Shown piece by piece: positions 25,728 to 38,413 of a stretch of DNA of 64,000 nucleotides. Position 1 is the first letter of the stretch, and each line of letters opens with the position of its first letter. Source of the stretch: Parasitella parasitica NRRL 2501 (lineage: Eukaryota; Fungi; Mucoromycota). The stretch lies in the NCBI GenBank assembly GCA_025201805.1, contig MU619266.1, positions 210,381 to 274,380 of the forward strand, given 5' to 3'. The notes beneath the pieces were generated by a model. It searched no databases. It saw nothing but the letters and a program-made list of their open reading frames with translations, and was not told where the DNA came from. Both the position numbers and the translations under genes were made by a program.

Positions 25728-27633
25728 ATGCCAGAAGAAGCCTACGAAATGACCCGCTCAATATCAGGAGCTTCGAGTTCAGCAGATAATCATAATGAAG
25801 CATATGATAGCAGAGAAGAAGAGGCGCAACTTTTGAGTAAAGAAGATCGCTCAGACACTGACGAAGAAGACGATATTGAAGATGAAGATGAAAGCTGGGC
25901 CACGATAGTAGGGGAAAATGGCGAGGAAGCAGAAGAAGAGTATGAAAAGGTCGATGTTCTTTTATATATCAACAGAAAGCGTGTACTGACTTAGCTTGGC
26001 TCGCAGGATAGTTCAGTGTTAAGATATGTCTGCGTTGGTCTGGCGATTGGTTTATTTTTCTTCCTATTCAAAGTTGCCATGATGCGCTTTTCAGAAGACC
26101 CAAGCCATCATGAAAGAGGAGCAGAGAAATTGTACAATAACGGCACTGACTATTTTGCATCCACTGTGATTCTGATTTCACTGGATGGTTTTCGACCTGA
26201 TTATCTGAATAGAGGCAAGACACCTCATATGAAAAAACTCGGTTAGTTTGATTTAGTATACCGGTTAGCTTTTATATAATATTAACTTTCTATAGCGGAC
26301 GATGGCATCATGGCAAAGTATATGCATCCAGCATTCCCTGTAGGTTGATTGAGTTGCTAACAATTCAAGATTGCTAATGGGTTTTATTAGCCAAGTACAT
26401 TCCCTAACCACTGGACACTTGTTACCGGACTATATCCAGAAACTCATGGTATCGTAGGAAACTTGTTTTATGACCCCACATTAGATGCTGTATTCAGCCA
26501 TTCGAATTCAACGATAACTTCTGATCGCCGATGGTGGAAAGGAGAGCCAGTAAATAATCTATAGTTTGACATGCTGCTTGTCTGTTTGACTAATGTGCTG
26601 AATAGATCTGGACAACGTCAAGAATGAATAGAAAGCGTAGTGGGTCTATTATGTGGCCAGGATCAGAAACAAACTACAACCCGCCAGATTTGGTTGTAAA
26701 GTACAACAATTCAATTACAACCAAGCAAAAGATGGACATTTCTCTGAATTGGCTTGATTTGCCTTACAACGATAGACCACAGATGATTTCTGTCTATGTG
26801 CCACAGATTGATGAGGAAGGCCATCGAGGTGGTCCATTTGGCTCTAAGGTATATTTACTGTATCGCGTTTACTACACACAGTGCTCTAATGCAATGATGA
26901 CAGATGGGAAATTACATCCAGGAAGCGGACGATGCTATTGGGTATTTAGTGCAGGAAATTAAGAATAGAAACCTCGATGAGCATGTCCATATTGTCATTG
27001 TAAGATGAAGAAATAATTTGCAGCTGAAAGTATACCAATCTTTTTTTTTTCCAATTTTAGGTTAGTGATCATGGTATGGCAGAGACGCAAGAATCAAAGT
27101 TGATTTTCTACGACGATATTCTTACGGACGATGTCCTTCAGCATGTGCGAAATCGAGAAGCGCTTCCTTTGCTTGATCTAAGACCCTCTCCTGATGCGCC
27201 CAAAGATACTGTCAAGGAAATTTATAATCAACTTTACAACTATACCCAAACCCATTCTGACGCTCACTTTGAGGTGTTTTTAAGAGAAAATGTACCCGAA
27301 AGATTTCACTACAGCCACTCTGAAAGAATCACACCTATCGTGGCTATCCCTGAAGTGGGCTATACCTTTATCACACACGAAGAGTTTGAAAAGAAGGGAG
27401 GATTCAAGAAGGGTGGAAACCATGGCTACGATAACCTTGCTGATGACATGCGAGCTATTTTCATGGCAAAGGGACCCAAAATCAACCGATCCTACAAATC
27501 AGGCACCATTTTGGCGCCCTTTTTCAACATTGAAGTCTACGGTTTATTGACAGAATTGCTTAATATAGATGCAGCACCAAATAATGGTACTTTGCAAGCT
27601 GATTTCCCTGTTTTGTTTCAACCTCCCTTCTAA
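25728..27633 (+). CDS. NPP1: Type I phosphodiesterase/nucleotide pyrophosphatase (ENPP), type II membrane protein
   Basis: [49 protein letters not shown]. Confidence 0.92.
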
Positions 27634-27645
27634 TAAAGTAAACAT

Positions 27646-29086
27646 CTACGCATGGTCGACTAATTTTGCAATTTGATGATACAAGAATTTGTTCCAGTCG
27701 TCCACTGGTCCCGGCAAACAAGTGTGCAAACAATCTGAATCTGGCTGTGAGTGTGCGTCGCCTCTGTAGTTGGAGATGGATACATTAAAGAATTGGAATC
27801 GTTCGTCATTTTCCTTGTTGATCATGTCCTGAAAAATAAAAATAAAAAACCCTTGTGCGTTATTTGGTTTGCTTTATATATGCGTAACTCTACGGCGTAC
27901 CTTCCAAACAAAATCAAATTGCTCAAACATATCCCACTCGTATTCGCCTTTTTGCCCTGCTGGTTTGATGATAGATGGGCTTGGGGAGGTATACTGAGAA
28001 CATTTGGCATGGCCGTATGGCGTGCTTCTGACCCAAACACGCTGATCTGCTTTGACATGCATTTTCAAATAGTCAAACACCTTTTCCATGGCCTTTCTAA
28101 ACGCTTGGAGCAGCTCTTTTCTGTCCTTGTTGGGACCCCACTTCAAGTCGGGATGCCAATGAGGCCCCTATATCACCATATCATTGTCGTTAGTTTAGAT
28201 GGTGATGAGCGAGGTTTTGTGCAATTCCTTACGGTGTTGATCATGATGTACTTGAATCGCGGAATAGCGTGCACCCACGGAAAGTTGCTTCCAACACCAA
28301 TTTGGTATCCTTCTCCTTCGTTCGGTTTGATCAGGCTAAAATCGTCCAGCTTCACTAGATAGTCTGAGCGAATATAAGCAACAGTAATCTTTGCTGGGTC
28401 TTGATATTCCAAATCACGGTGTACCAACTGGCTGACCCACATGGAGGAGTCACCGCCAGATAATTGAGTGTCCCTGTTCTGAGATGTCAAATCTTGTCCT
28501 AGTAGACACCACATACTCTCAAACATCAACTGTGTGATGGAATCTCCTACTAATAACAGTGGATTTTCAGACAGGTGTTTGGAAAAGTCTCGGGCTTCAA
28601 AGGGCAGGACCATGCAGTCGTCAGGTTGCCAGCTGTAGTCAATTCTGTTTTACCGTTTTTTTTTAGCTATAAAAAAACAAAAAAGATCGACAAGCCTACA
28701 TACAGGAAAAACAAATAAACTTACATGGATTTACTCCTGTTGAACTCGCTTGCTGGCTCTTGTCTTCTATAGCATCTATGCGGGAAATCCCAGTTACAAT
28801 GATATCCAACAAAGTTATTGATGCCATCCACATTTTGAGACTCCAAGCCTATGCTTTGATGCACCCATTTCCCTTTGTTGAAACCATCCGAAGAGCACAG
28901 GTTTTTGTAGCCTGACCGTTGTTGGTACAAGGTGTCTCCTTTTAGTCGGTCTGGGGCGGTGTGAACGGTGTCCGGGACAAGAGCCACTGTTGTATTGCTC
29001 GACGACAGCATCCATAAAGTCAATAGACAGGTGATACTTATGCCTGTGACAGCGTAGGTTTGTGATCTGAACGATAATTCGACCAT
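27646..29086 (-). CDS. PC-esterase / TBL (PMR5, Cas1p N-terminal type) SGNH O-acyltransferase
   Basis: N-terminal TM anchor, C..G.W, YSWQPDDC, LLVGDS, NTGPHW, and last-exon DCLHTCLPGPVDDWN. Confidence 0.88.
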
Positions 29087-29156
29087 GCAAGATACACGTA
29101 TATAAAAGGATCAAGTAGAAGAGAGAAACAACAGAGAAAGAGTGCTTTATTTTTAA

Positions 29157-31493
29157 TTAAACTCTTTGAAATCCAAATATTTCGAGTGCCACAGTAGCAT
29201 CAATAGTGACACCTTTTTCAAGATCTGCCTCCACAAGAACTTGTCCTACATAGCCAGGCTCCATTTCTCCAGGTTCTCCGTTTTCCCTTTCACGCTGCTC
29301 AGTTACTGCCACCAATACGCGATCTTCTGGGTCGATGCGGTCACTCTCCAGAATGCCTTCATGGCGGTTCAAACAGTGGATACAGTAATGAATCTTGGTC
29401 TTGCTGCGAACATCATTGGACATGGTTGGATGTCGTGTGACAGCAGCAGTGCCTGTGGGCAGAGAAGTACCAAAGGACGCAGAAGAGCTGCTTTGCTTTT
29501 TGTAATCAGACGGATTACTAGGCTTCAATGGCTTGGTTCCCTTTTCTTTCTTGATCTGAACCGCTGGCAAGGCAATTTGCTTTGAATCCCGCTGCAATTC
29601 AAATCGACACACCAATATGTTTTCATTCGGATCATGCACTGCATAAAATTCCTCTTCCATTTCCTCTTGCCCTGCAATTTCATCCTTGATTTCGAGTCGG
29701 TGGCGAGGCATTACTTGAGCTTCAATCTGCAGGCGATAAGACACACCAAGAATCGTTTCAGCCTCACTATAAAACATTCTTTTGTACAACATGTACTGGA
29801 TCTTCGTGGCACTAGTGTCTATTCTTTCTTTTTGCGGAGGGCTTTTCCCAATCTCCAATTCTTCAACACCGGCGTTTATAACTTGGCTTCCGGTCGACGG
29901 CTCTCCTGCGTGCTCGTTGTCTGAAACTGACCACACGGATCCACCATCACTCTCCTCGTCATCAAATGCATGCATGTCTTGAGATGATAATACGACTTCT
30001 TTCTGTTCACAAGTCCAGCCATTCTCCTCAGAAGGCGGTGAGATAAACACGGATGATTTGAACCGAAAGCGAGGGGTCCCAAGCAACAACCGTCTGCGCT
30101 TTTGTTGAGCTTCTGATTGATCTACGTCGAAATATTCATCCAACGCTGCGCTGCGATCGCCCTCCAAAGTTTGAGGAATAGGATGTCGATTTTCTTGTGT
30201 TTGCTGTGTATAGGTCAAGGGAAATAAAACTCGTTCAAGCGCTTCCCGCTGCCACAACGCTCGAAACACAATGCCTTCGTCCACGATGCCATCTTGGCGT
30301 ACAGAGGTTAATTGATCAAATGTCATGTTGCTATAGGTCACTGTTGTGCGAAGAAGGTAGGATAAGACTGTCGCTTTATCTATGACACCACCGGAAGATG
30401 CATCGGCAACCAGTTTTTCGAATGGTACAAGTGCTGAAAAGCTAAGTCTGTTCAAATGTGGCCCTTGGTGATGCTGTATTTCGCTCACATCTTCAAGGTC
30501 TTCAGAAGGTATACGCTTTCGTTTACGTGAGCGGACTGTATCTGCTGTCAAGAACTTGCCACGGTCGAATCTACCAGTAGATTGCTTGCTGTTTAAAGGT
30601 CGAACATATCCAGATAGTCGTTTTGCATCCTGATCTACAGGTCCTTTGGCTGTCCAGGTGATGTGTCCAACAGACTGCATAAATGCCACCAATACCGACC
30701 TCAACAGACAATAACGTTGATATTCACTGTTTACGAACAAAGGATCGGCACTGAGTACATCAGCCATATAATCCACAGGAAGCAGAGCTAACCGTTCAGC
30801 ATTTTCAGGCCCAAAGCGAAGTAGCAATAAAAGAGCAGCATCTCTCAGTTGCAGATACGAGCTGTGTCCTCTTGGTAGCTGACAGATAGTTTCCAAATCT
30901 CTCATAATACTATTCAAAGAAAGCTGCTCACTGGTGTATCTGTTGACGCAGGCTTGAGTCAGATCATGCACATCCAGTAACACAGCTACAGACAAGATAC
31001 GCAGAGTATCCTTATCCTGCATCCCTTGTAAAAGCTCTTGCTTATTAAGACAGTACATCCACTTTAAGACAAAGCGAATATGCGACGAAAGTAAAGGATT
31101 GAGATTGTTTGTAATGTGTTTCAGGCTATTGTTGGGTGTTTTTTGCCATTGGCGGCGTACAATGTGTTGGAAAGGTGCAAGGACGAATCCACACTGTGTT
31201 AAGGCTCTCGCCAGATCAATTGTGATGATGGTCACTCCTTGGGCATCCTTCGAGTACTTGATGTTAGACTGTATATCGAAGTCTTCTTCTTGGATATTTA
31301 AGTCTATGCTTTCCAGTAACTTGCAAAGAAACGGCGATTGGCTCATAATAGATTTGTGTACATTGAACCGCATTGAAAACGGAAAAGAAGGATGAATAAA
31401 GACAAGCGATAGATCCGAGAACAATGATTTTTCAAACATGGTGTCCAGCAGATGTCTTTCTAATTTCGAGGATGTTTTTTTGTTGGTTGTCAT
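29157..31493 (-). CDS. BTB/POZ domain protein (single exon, 778 aa)
   Basis: FSDLSL..F.VHKSIMSQSPF, ILSVAVLLDVHDL, DVLSADPLFVNSEYQRY (BACK-like). Confidence 0.8.
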   Translation of the reverse strand: MTTNKKTSSKLERHLLDTMFEKSLFSDLSLVFIHPSFPFSMRFNVHKSIMSQSPFLCKLLESIDLNIQEEDFDIQSNIKYSKDAQGVTIITIDLARALTQCGFVLAPFQHIVRRQWQKTPNNSLKHITNNLNPLLSSHIRFVLKWMYCLNKQELLQGMQDKDTLRILSVAVLLDVHDLTQACVNRYTSEQLSLNSIMRDLETICQLPRGHSSYLQLRDAALLLLLRFGPENAERLALLPVDYMADVLSADPLFVNSEYQRYCLLRSVLVAFMQSVGHITWTAKGPVDQDAKRLSGYVRPLNSKQSTGRFDRGKFLTADTVRSRKRKRIPSEDLEDVSEIQHHQGPHLNRLSFSALVPFEKLVADASSGGVIDKATVLSYLLRTTVTYSNMTFDQLTSVRQDGIVDEGIVFRALWQREALERVLFPLTYTQQTQENRHPIPQTLEGDRSAALDEYFDVDQSEAQQKRRRLLLGTPRFRFKSSVFISPPSEENGWTCEQKEVVLSSQDMHAFDDEESDGGSVWSVSDNEHAGEPSTGSQVINAGVEELEIGKSPPQKERIDTSATKIQYMLYKRMFYSEAETILGVSYRLQIEAQVMPRHRLEIKDEIAGQEEMEEEFYAVHDPNENILVCRFELQRDSKQIALPAVQIKKEKGTKPLKPSNPSDYKKQSSSSASFGTSLPTGTAAVTRHPTMSNDVRSKTKIHYCIHCLNRHEGILESDRIDPEDRVLVAVTEQRERENGEPGEMEPGYVGQVLVEADLEKGVTIDATVALEIFGFQRV

Positions 31494-33009
31494 GTCGAAC
31501 TTGATTTGATGTGAATATGAAAGGAAAAAGGCTGTTTGGCATCAAAGTAAAACAAGCGCGACTTTGCTCCGAGTCACGCTGACAGACAAAGAAAAAATGG
31601 CGTTTCTGCCCACAACCTACTACTATCGGTCCTTACTGCCTCCGCTCCCCCTTCTCTCCTCACAATAGGAGTCCGAGGCGAAGTGGTCTCTCTCTTTTCG
31701 TACTGTGTGGCATCAATCCTTGCATTCTTTTCGCTTGTCCAATTCAACTCTGGCGGTCCATCTTTCAAACTTACCTCTCTCCGCTCTCCCTCTCTTTTTA
31801 CCATGATCTCGTCAATCAACTGGTCGCCATCTTGGCAAGCACTGACACTCCTTTCTTGCGTGTTAGCCAAATGCCTTGTGCCTCATCTTTGACAGATCAA
31901 ATCTTTGCATACACGTTACTGACAGTTTGGCAGGCTCATTGGCGCATGAATTTCAATGGCATCCTGTTTCTCCTTCACCCAGTCATACAGCGTACTGTCG
32001 GTGTCTTCTCTGGTCTGGAAGATGAAATACGGCCTGATTTCCAGATCTCCGACCACACTTATCCTGTTTACTACTATTTCGTTACGTATACCCACCCCAG
32101 TCTTTTCATTTCCTCAATATGACAGTGTGAGAACTTTAAATAATGGAGGTTCAGTAAAAACAAATCGTACTTGAAATTAAAAAACTGTTGCTTTGAAAAC
32201 GATTGCGCATTATCTCTCAAAATTGTCATTAGCGCTAATAAGCTTTATTTATTGATGATTTAAAACCATTTCATGACAAAGCTTAGCGTCATATACAATA
32301 TACAATAAATTAAGTTTTTTTTAGCATCTTTGAACTCTTTGTTGTATCCGTAGAATCCATTAACTATTATTATATGGAACCGTTGTCATGGCAACCGTTC
32401 CTGGATCGGATCTAATGTATATGTTGGTAATTTTAAATAAATAAAATTAAACATGAAATGTCTTGTATAAAAAACCATCTATTTTGATTCTATTTACTCT
32501 AAATCATGTAGCTAAACTTGTCAATGAATGACTCAAAAACTCAATAATTAGCTGATTAATTATAAATACAAGGTTGTAGTTTTGCTTGACAGATATTTGC
32601 CAAATATGATCTGATTGTATCCATAGAATTGATTCATGTCGATCTATTCTGTGATAGACAACTTCTAATCAAGAAAATTTAAAGTTTTGTGTCTATAATT
32701 ATGTAGAATCGTTTTTTGTGCTTATTTTCAAGACCTAGCACAACACCATCATCAAAACTAGTGTAATGCTAATTCACGACATTCAAAAACAACATAAAAA
32801 ACAACATGTATTTAAAACAAAGATCAAATACTCAAACCCCAGTTTTTTGTTTTATTTTGCCGCGGACAGAGCTTCACAATATTGAAGACTGAGCTGACTT
32901 TTGTTCGCATGTTTTATACAAAATTAATGTTTTTCGCATAATAAACACATTATAGAAGTAGAACGTAACAGATATATTTATCATAGATATCAGATGTTCG
33001 CTTGTAACT

Positions 33010-33522
33010 TGTTGATCTGGCATAATCTAGGATAAGAGATCATAATAATGTACTTCTTTAATTAAAGAGTGGAGATTGTCCAATGATGTGTTGTTATACT
33101 TGTCGAAACAGGAGAATAAAGTCTTTGTTTCAAATCAGGAAGGTTATCTGTAACACAGATCTGTATGATATTGACAAACAATAAGGTACTGTCAGATCAA
33201 AGATCAATAACAGTTGCAGGACGTAAAATAATGAAATAATTAATAAACAATTATTTCCCTAAAAAAAAATCAAAGATCAATAACCTTGTAGTATAATAAT
33301 ACATCGTACCCTGTTAAGGATATGATGTTGCTTGCAAATTATTCTTATCGATTAGTATCGACTAGTATTTTAAATAAGTCACCAAAAATTTATGTTGTTG
33401 TAAAAAGTATAAATAGCAGATGCAAAGTTGAATCTTTAATAAAGTACTCTCAAGTCTTCGTATCTCGTTAATTCAACGTTTTATATGATACTTTTCTTAT
33501 TTCGATCTTGCAGATCTCAACA
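33010..33522 (+). mobile_element. Solo LTR A1
   Basis: TGTTGATCTG...CAGATCTCAACA termini, TATAAATAG and AATAAA near the 3' end, homologous over most of its length to A2. No clear TSD. Confidence 0.6.
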
Positions 33523-33541
33523 ATGAGCACATTTATCGCCT

Positions 33542-33951
33542 TGATCTGCCATAATTATAGATAGGAGATCATGGCAATGTACTTCAATTGAAGATTGAAG
33601 ATTGTCCAATGATGTGATGTGATACGCTTGTGTAAATTGGAGAATAAAGTCTCTGTTTCAAATCAAGAAGGTTATTCCTGTAAGTAACACAGATCTGAGC
33701 ACCAGGATAAAGGTTAAGGCTCTGTCAGATCAAAGACGTGTAGCCCTTGCTGTATAACCTCATATCGTACCCTGTCAAGTAGATTGTCACTGTGAATTAG
33801 TCTTGTCAATTAGTAATCTAAATAAGTCACCATAAATTTATGTAGTTGTAAAAAGTATAAATAGCAGATGCAATTTCGATCTTAAATAAAGTATCTTTAG
33901 TTTTCGTATCTCGTTAACCTTTGGTTTTTTTATTATCTTTTTGATCCAACA
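33542..33951 (+). mobile_element. Solo LTR A2 (same family as A1)
   Basis: Shares blocks with A1 (GATTGTCCAATGATGTG, GGAGAATAAAGTC, AAAAAGTATAAATAGCAGATGCAA). Ends GATCCAACA. CGCCT flanks the A2+B unit at 33537 and 34168. Confidence 0.6.
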
Positions 33952-34162
33952 TGTTATATCAATAACATGGCAAAGTCTCACATCAGGATCTCAGATCAGT
34001 CCCAGGGTCTTACAGTAAATCATGGGTAGTCATGATTTACATTATGCAGCTAAACAGTAGAACCCTAGTGTAATGAATGTGTATATAATACATCGAGAGA
34101 TGTATTATGAATAAAGGTGTAATTCTTTGGCAGATTTATTTTATCAGACTTTTGACATAACA
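33952..34162 (+). mobile_element. Solo LTR B inserted into the end of A2
   Basis: TGTTAT...ATAACA termini, 5-bp TSD CAACA (33947-33951 and 34163-34167), TATATAA and AATAAA inside. Confidence 0.75.
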
Positions 34163-34620
34163 CAACACGCCTTAACCTAGCTCGATAAGCACTTTTTTTG
34201 GCTCTAAAAAATGTTCCCGTTCATGCATATCTATATTCTCACGAGGACATCGGCGAGGCCATAGTGATATCTATAAAGTTATCAGATGACATCACAAATT
34301 TACATATCAAAATTGCATATAATCGCTGATATGCTGCGATAAAGAGCAAATCAAAGCCAGTCTTAAGCGCCAACAAATCAGACATGATCATCGCTATATG
34401 AGCATAAGTTGGTGTCGACTGGGCGATGAGTCTATCAAAAGTTATGTGCAAAAACAGTTATATTTTTCAGTATTTATTGTTATGCCAGTCTCAAAGGGCG
34501 CAGCGTAATGTTATGTAAATGTTGTTTTTATAAGATAATAAAGACTTTTCTGAATAAAACCAGATACAAAACTGAAGACTTTTATTGACATAAGATATGA
34601 TCTCTATTTATACTAAAATA

Positions 34621-36136
34621 TACACTATTTTCACTTAATGTTGTCGCACATTTGGGAGAACATGTGTCGCACATTTGGAAATAAGCTTGGCGTACTAAAT
34701 GAAAAAAAACTTGGCGCGCGCATAGACAAAAATTTGTCTTATTAAAAGGTTTAAATATTGGCGCATATCAAGTACTTGAGGGTTTACATTTTTCTTTGAA
34801 AATGAATGCTACTTTTATGCATTATGACGGTCAAGGAAATCTTTATAATGACGAAGGCATGGCAGTTACAATAGTGGAAATGGAGGTAGATGAGGAAGAT
34901 ACAAGAGCTCCCGACATTCGCAAGCATTACAAAGATTCAGAAAAGGAGCAGTAGTTGTTTACCTTGATCTATGAAAAGAGCATGAGTGCCAGAGCTGCAA
35001 ACAATAAAACTGCAGATCAACCCACGCACAGCACAGCGATGGTTTAAAAAAACGATCAAGAGAATCCACAGACATATATTGCAAGGAAAGAAGGTAGTGG
35101 AAGACCTGCGGGTAGACCTGGGTTACTTGACGATAGCCACAAAAAATTTATTGTCGATTTAGTGGACGATCAGCCCTCCCTAGTATTAAATCAAATGATG
35201 GAGAATCTGACAGCGTCATTTATCGAATTAGAAATATCCAAAACGGCTCTCTACTATTTTGTCACTAAAAATTGCAATATTAGTCTGAAGAGAGCTCCTT
35301 TTCACTCAGTAGATCGTAATAGTCTTGAAAAGATCAAGGAACGAAAGGAGTGGGTAGAAAAATGGATGGACACAGACATCGACTATATGAGCAACTGTGT
35401 ATTCATCGATGAAGCTGCAATTTACATCAACATGAAGCGAACTTTTGCATGGTCAAAAGTAGAGACTAGGGCAGTAGTCAAAGTGCCAAAAACAAAGGCA
35501 AAAACAACAACCATCTTGGGAGCACCATCAGCTCAAGGCGTTGTCAACATTAAAGTAAGACGGCCTCGAGTGCTGCCTTTTTCGAAGAAGAGGAAAACTG
35601 CTGGATCAAGTGGGTCTTCCCAAAAGCAAAGCAGAGGCACTGTTACTGGTCATTATTTCAATTTCTTGAATGACACGATGGATGTCATGGACAAATTTCC
35701 AGATGTTTTTAAGGACAATTACTTGATAATGGACAACGCCCCGATTCACATAAATGAAGATATCAAAAGTGTTATAGAAGGGCGTGGATATAGATGTGTC
35801 TATCTTTTTCCCTATTCACCTGAGCTCAATCCAACCGAGCAGTTTTGGTCCGTTTGCAAAAGCAAACTAAAAAGGGAGAGGCTTTTAGAAGAAGAAGCGC
35901 TTTCATCGAAAATCGCCGATGCATGCAATCAAATTCTTCTCAATGATCTCAAAGGATTCTGCAAATATTCTATCGATAGATTTAATGATTCCTTGCAAGA
36001 GAAGCCTCTTTAAAAATAAACCATAAACGTCGCATTTGTCGCATACAACTTATACGCCATCTTTTCTTCCAAATGTTTTAAAATGTGCGACAAATTTCTT
36101 TCAAAGAGTGCGACAACATTAAGTCAAAATAGTGTA
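34621..36136 (+). mobile_element. Tc1/IS630-type DD34E DNA transposon, left copy (coordinates include TA flanks); 5' part of transposase disrupted
   Basis: TIR TACACTATTTTCACTTAATGTTGTCGCAC at both ends (1 mismatch at the inner end). Catalytic motifs FIDEA, MDNAPIH, SPELNPTE with 34 residues between D and E. ATG at 34802, in-frame TAG ~34952, frameshifts in the HTH region. Confidence 0.95.
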
Positions 36137-36419
36137 CTTGATAGTTTAATGGGACAAGAAGAACCAACTGTTTATTATATATATATATATATATATAATG
36201 GTTAATACAGAGAACCAATTACGTGATGGGGACAATTATCAATTGTTGGTTCAGGATGATAAAATATAAATAAGGATTGAAATGAAATGAAATGACTAGA
36301 CTTGAGCGATTTGATAGTTATAATCAATGAAATAGTAGTAATGATAATTAAAAGCTAGGGAAAAAGGGAATGGATAGAATATGAAGGGGACACATATATA
36401 CACATATAAAAAGAGAGAG

Positions 36420-38413
36420 TTACTCCTGGAAGTGCTCCAAGTCTTCCCAGCATGCCCGGATGTACTGTTCATCGTCTGCTTCTTCAAGATCTTTGATTGC
36501 AGCTTCTATCTTATTCATAATTCTGCCCTTTCTTTCACTTGTCTCCCACTCTTTTGTTGCTGATGAATCTGACGATGATTGGGATGATTGGGATGATTGT
36601 AAATCTGTGTCAGGAGAGTCCTCTCGGAAAGTATTAAGAGAGGTGGAATTATTCAGATAGTTTAAATCATCTTGCAAAGCTATTTCGCACATTACTGTAA
36701 TCTTTTTAAGATTGAGGAGGACATGACGCTAAAGCAGAATGCAAGTTTTAGAACGTTGATTAAAACCAGATAAATTACAAGACTTACGAAAAGAGACAGT
36801 ATGGTAGTAATATAGTCAGCCAATTGCGAACCAGAGCCGTTGTTTGGAATGCTTGTTTCCTTCTTCACATAATGTAACAGACGATCATCAATTAATTTGG
36901 TTCCGTATATGCGAAGAGTCAGCTTGTTGAAATGACATGAGATAGATTCAATGTAATACGAGCATTCTTTGTAGGGGAGTAGGGTCAGCCAATACTTCAA
37001 TGAGCTGCTTCTCACGAGATCTGCCTTTTCGATGTCATTTTCCGATTTCTTTTCCTTTGGTTTATCCTCGCAGAACAACTGTTCGAAAAACCTGTCATTA
37101 GAGTTGGACTCTAAAATGAAATCAAGTCTACAATTTTTTTGTTCTGTGGGCAATTGCTTTAACTCCTTCAGAGTCTTGATTATCACAGATTCGCATTCAG
37201 CACTACAAGGAAAAAATGAGAAGTTGAGCAACTGCGTGATTGGAGTCATTTAGAAATCCTTACCGTTTGCTTTCAAAGAGATTGCTCGACAGAAATAAGA
37301 GATCAAATGCCTCACTATACACATTTACTCTATACCAGCATTCATTGTGATCCCTCTTCAAGTGATCATGTTTATGCAAGACAATACTATTGGAATAACG
37401 CGATTAAAAAAAAGAGACATGCTAGAATCAATATCCTATCCAAGTACTTACAACTTCTCCACCAGGATTTTGATAAAAACTAGTTCATCAGCACTTTCAA
37501 TAACACTAATTGATTCAACACTTTCAATAAAATCGTCCATTTTTTTTGCTTCGGATATTTTCTTTAACAGTGCATGCTCTTCAGCCTTAAGTAGCGGGAT
37601 AAGCAATTCATCCAGCTTCTTCGTGATCCTATTGGTTATAGCTTGTAATCTTCGAGGGATAATGAAGCTTTGTCTAAAATCAAGGATATCCTTCAAACCA
37701 CTTTAAAAATGTCAATAAAAGTTGGCTGACTATCTAAGTGTACGCTTCAACTTACCAACTATCCACAAGTAAAGCAGCTTGTTTGTAATGACTCAATCCC
37801 TTGAAGTCTTTAGGCATGATTTTTCTTCTTCTCTTTACAGCAGATGATGATGGTGGTGGTGTGGCGACAACAGCAGTAGCAGCCAATGGTGATGATGAAG
37901 AGGCGATAGCACCAGACGACGCACCGATTTGATCTGTGATAGATGTCGTTAAACGACTCTTGGCGGAAGCCTCTGATTGCTAGTTTATGGATCAACATAG
38001 TCAGATTAATAAAGCTACAAGCAATATTAAAAACTTGCTTTCTCCACATTGGCTTCAATTAACAAACTTGCAGGTCTTGACTTCAAAACACTATCAACAT
38101 TACTGTAAAGCATATTCGCTCTTGAAATGACAAAAGGTTTACATTTGGTGTCATTTATCTTGAGTTTCCAGACATCAAAAAGCAATTCCTTTAGTATAAC
38201 CATCTCGTTGGGTCCATTGATAAGATGAAAAGAGCGAGAGACATAAAACAACAAATTCATGTTGGACCAGTTTTTATAACTAGTTTTGGAAACATGTTCG
38301 AATAGTAGTTGCACAATATCCTCCTTTGGAACTATTCATTTTTCAGTAACTATTATTCGTGAGTTTACTTCAGAATATTTACCTTCTACAAGCAGTTGCT
38401 TGGTGTCAGCCAT
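36420..38413 (-). CDS. PD-(D/E)xK (restriction-endonuclease-like) nuclease candidate, 7 exons, 547 aa
   Basis: Exons 38413-38383, 38331-38039, 37979-37756, 37700-37452, 37386-37264, 37202-36788, 36728-36420 join into an open 1644-nt frame (intron 2 is GC-AG). Motifs HNECWYRVNVY, RAECES, CRLDFIL, EQLFCEDK, DIEK; NLS-like KRRRK. Confidence 0.72.

Noticed and set aside
31574-32120. Short minus-strand ORFs upstream of the BTB gene
   Set aside because: Non-ATG start, in-frame stops and no recognisable domain.
36177-36197. (TA)n tract with short flanking repeats
   Set aside because: Ordinary microsatellite; flanking matches are 8 bp or less.
36420-38413. Cargo gene as Fanzor/TnpB
   Set aside because: No RuvC D-E-D motifs or zinc finger are visible; the motifs fit PD-(D/E)xK better.
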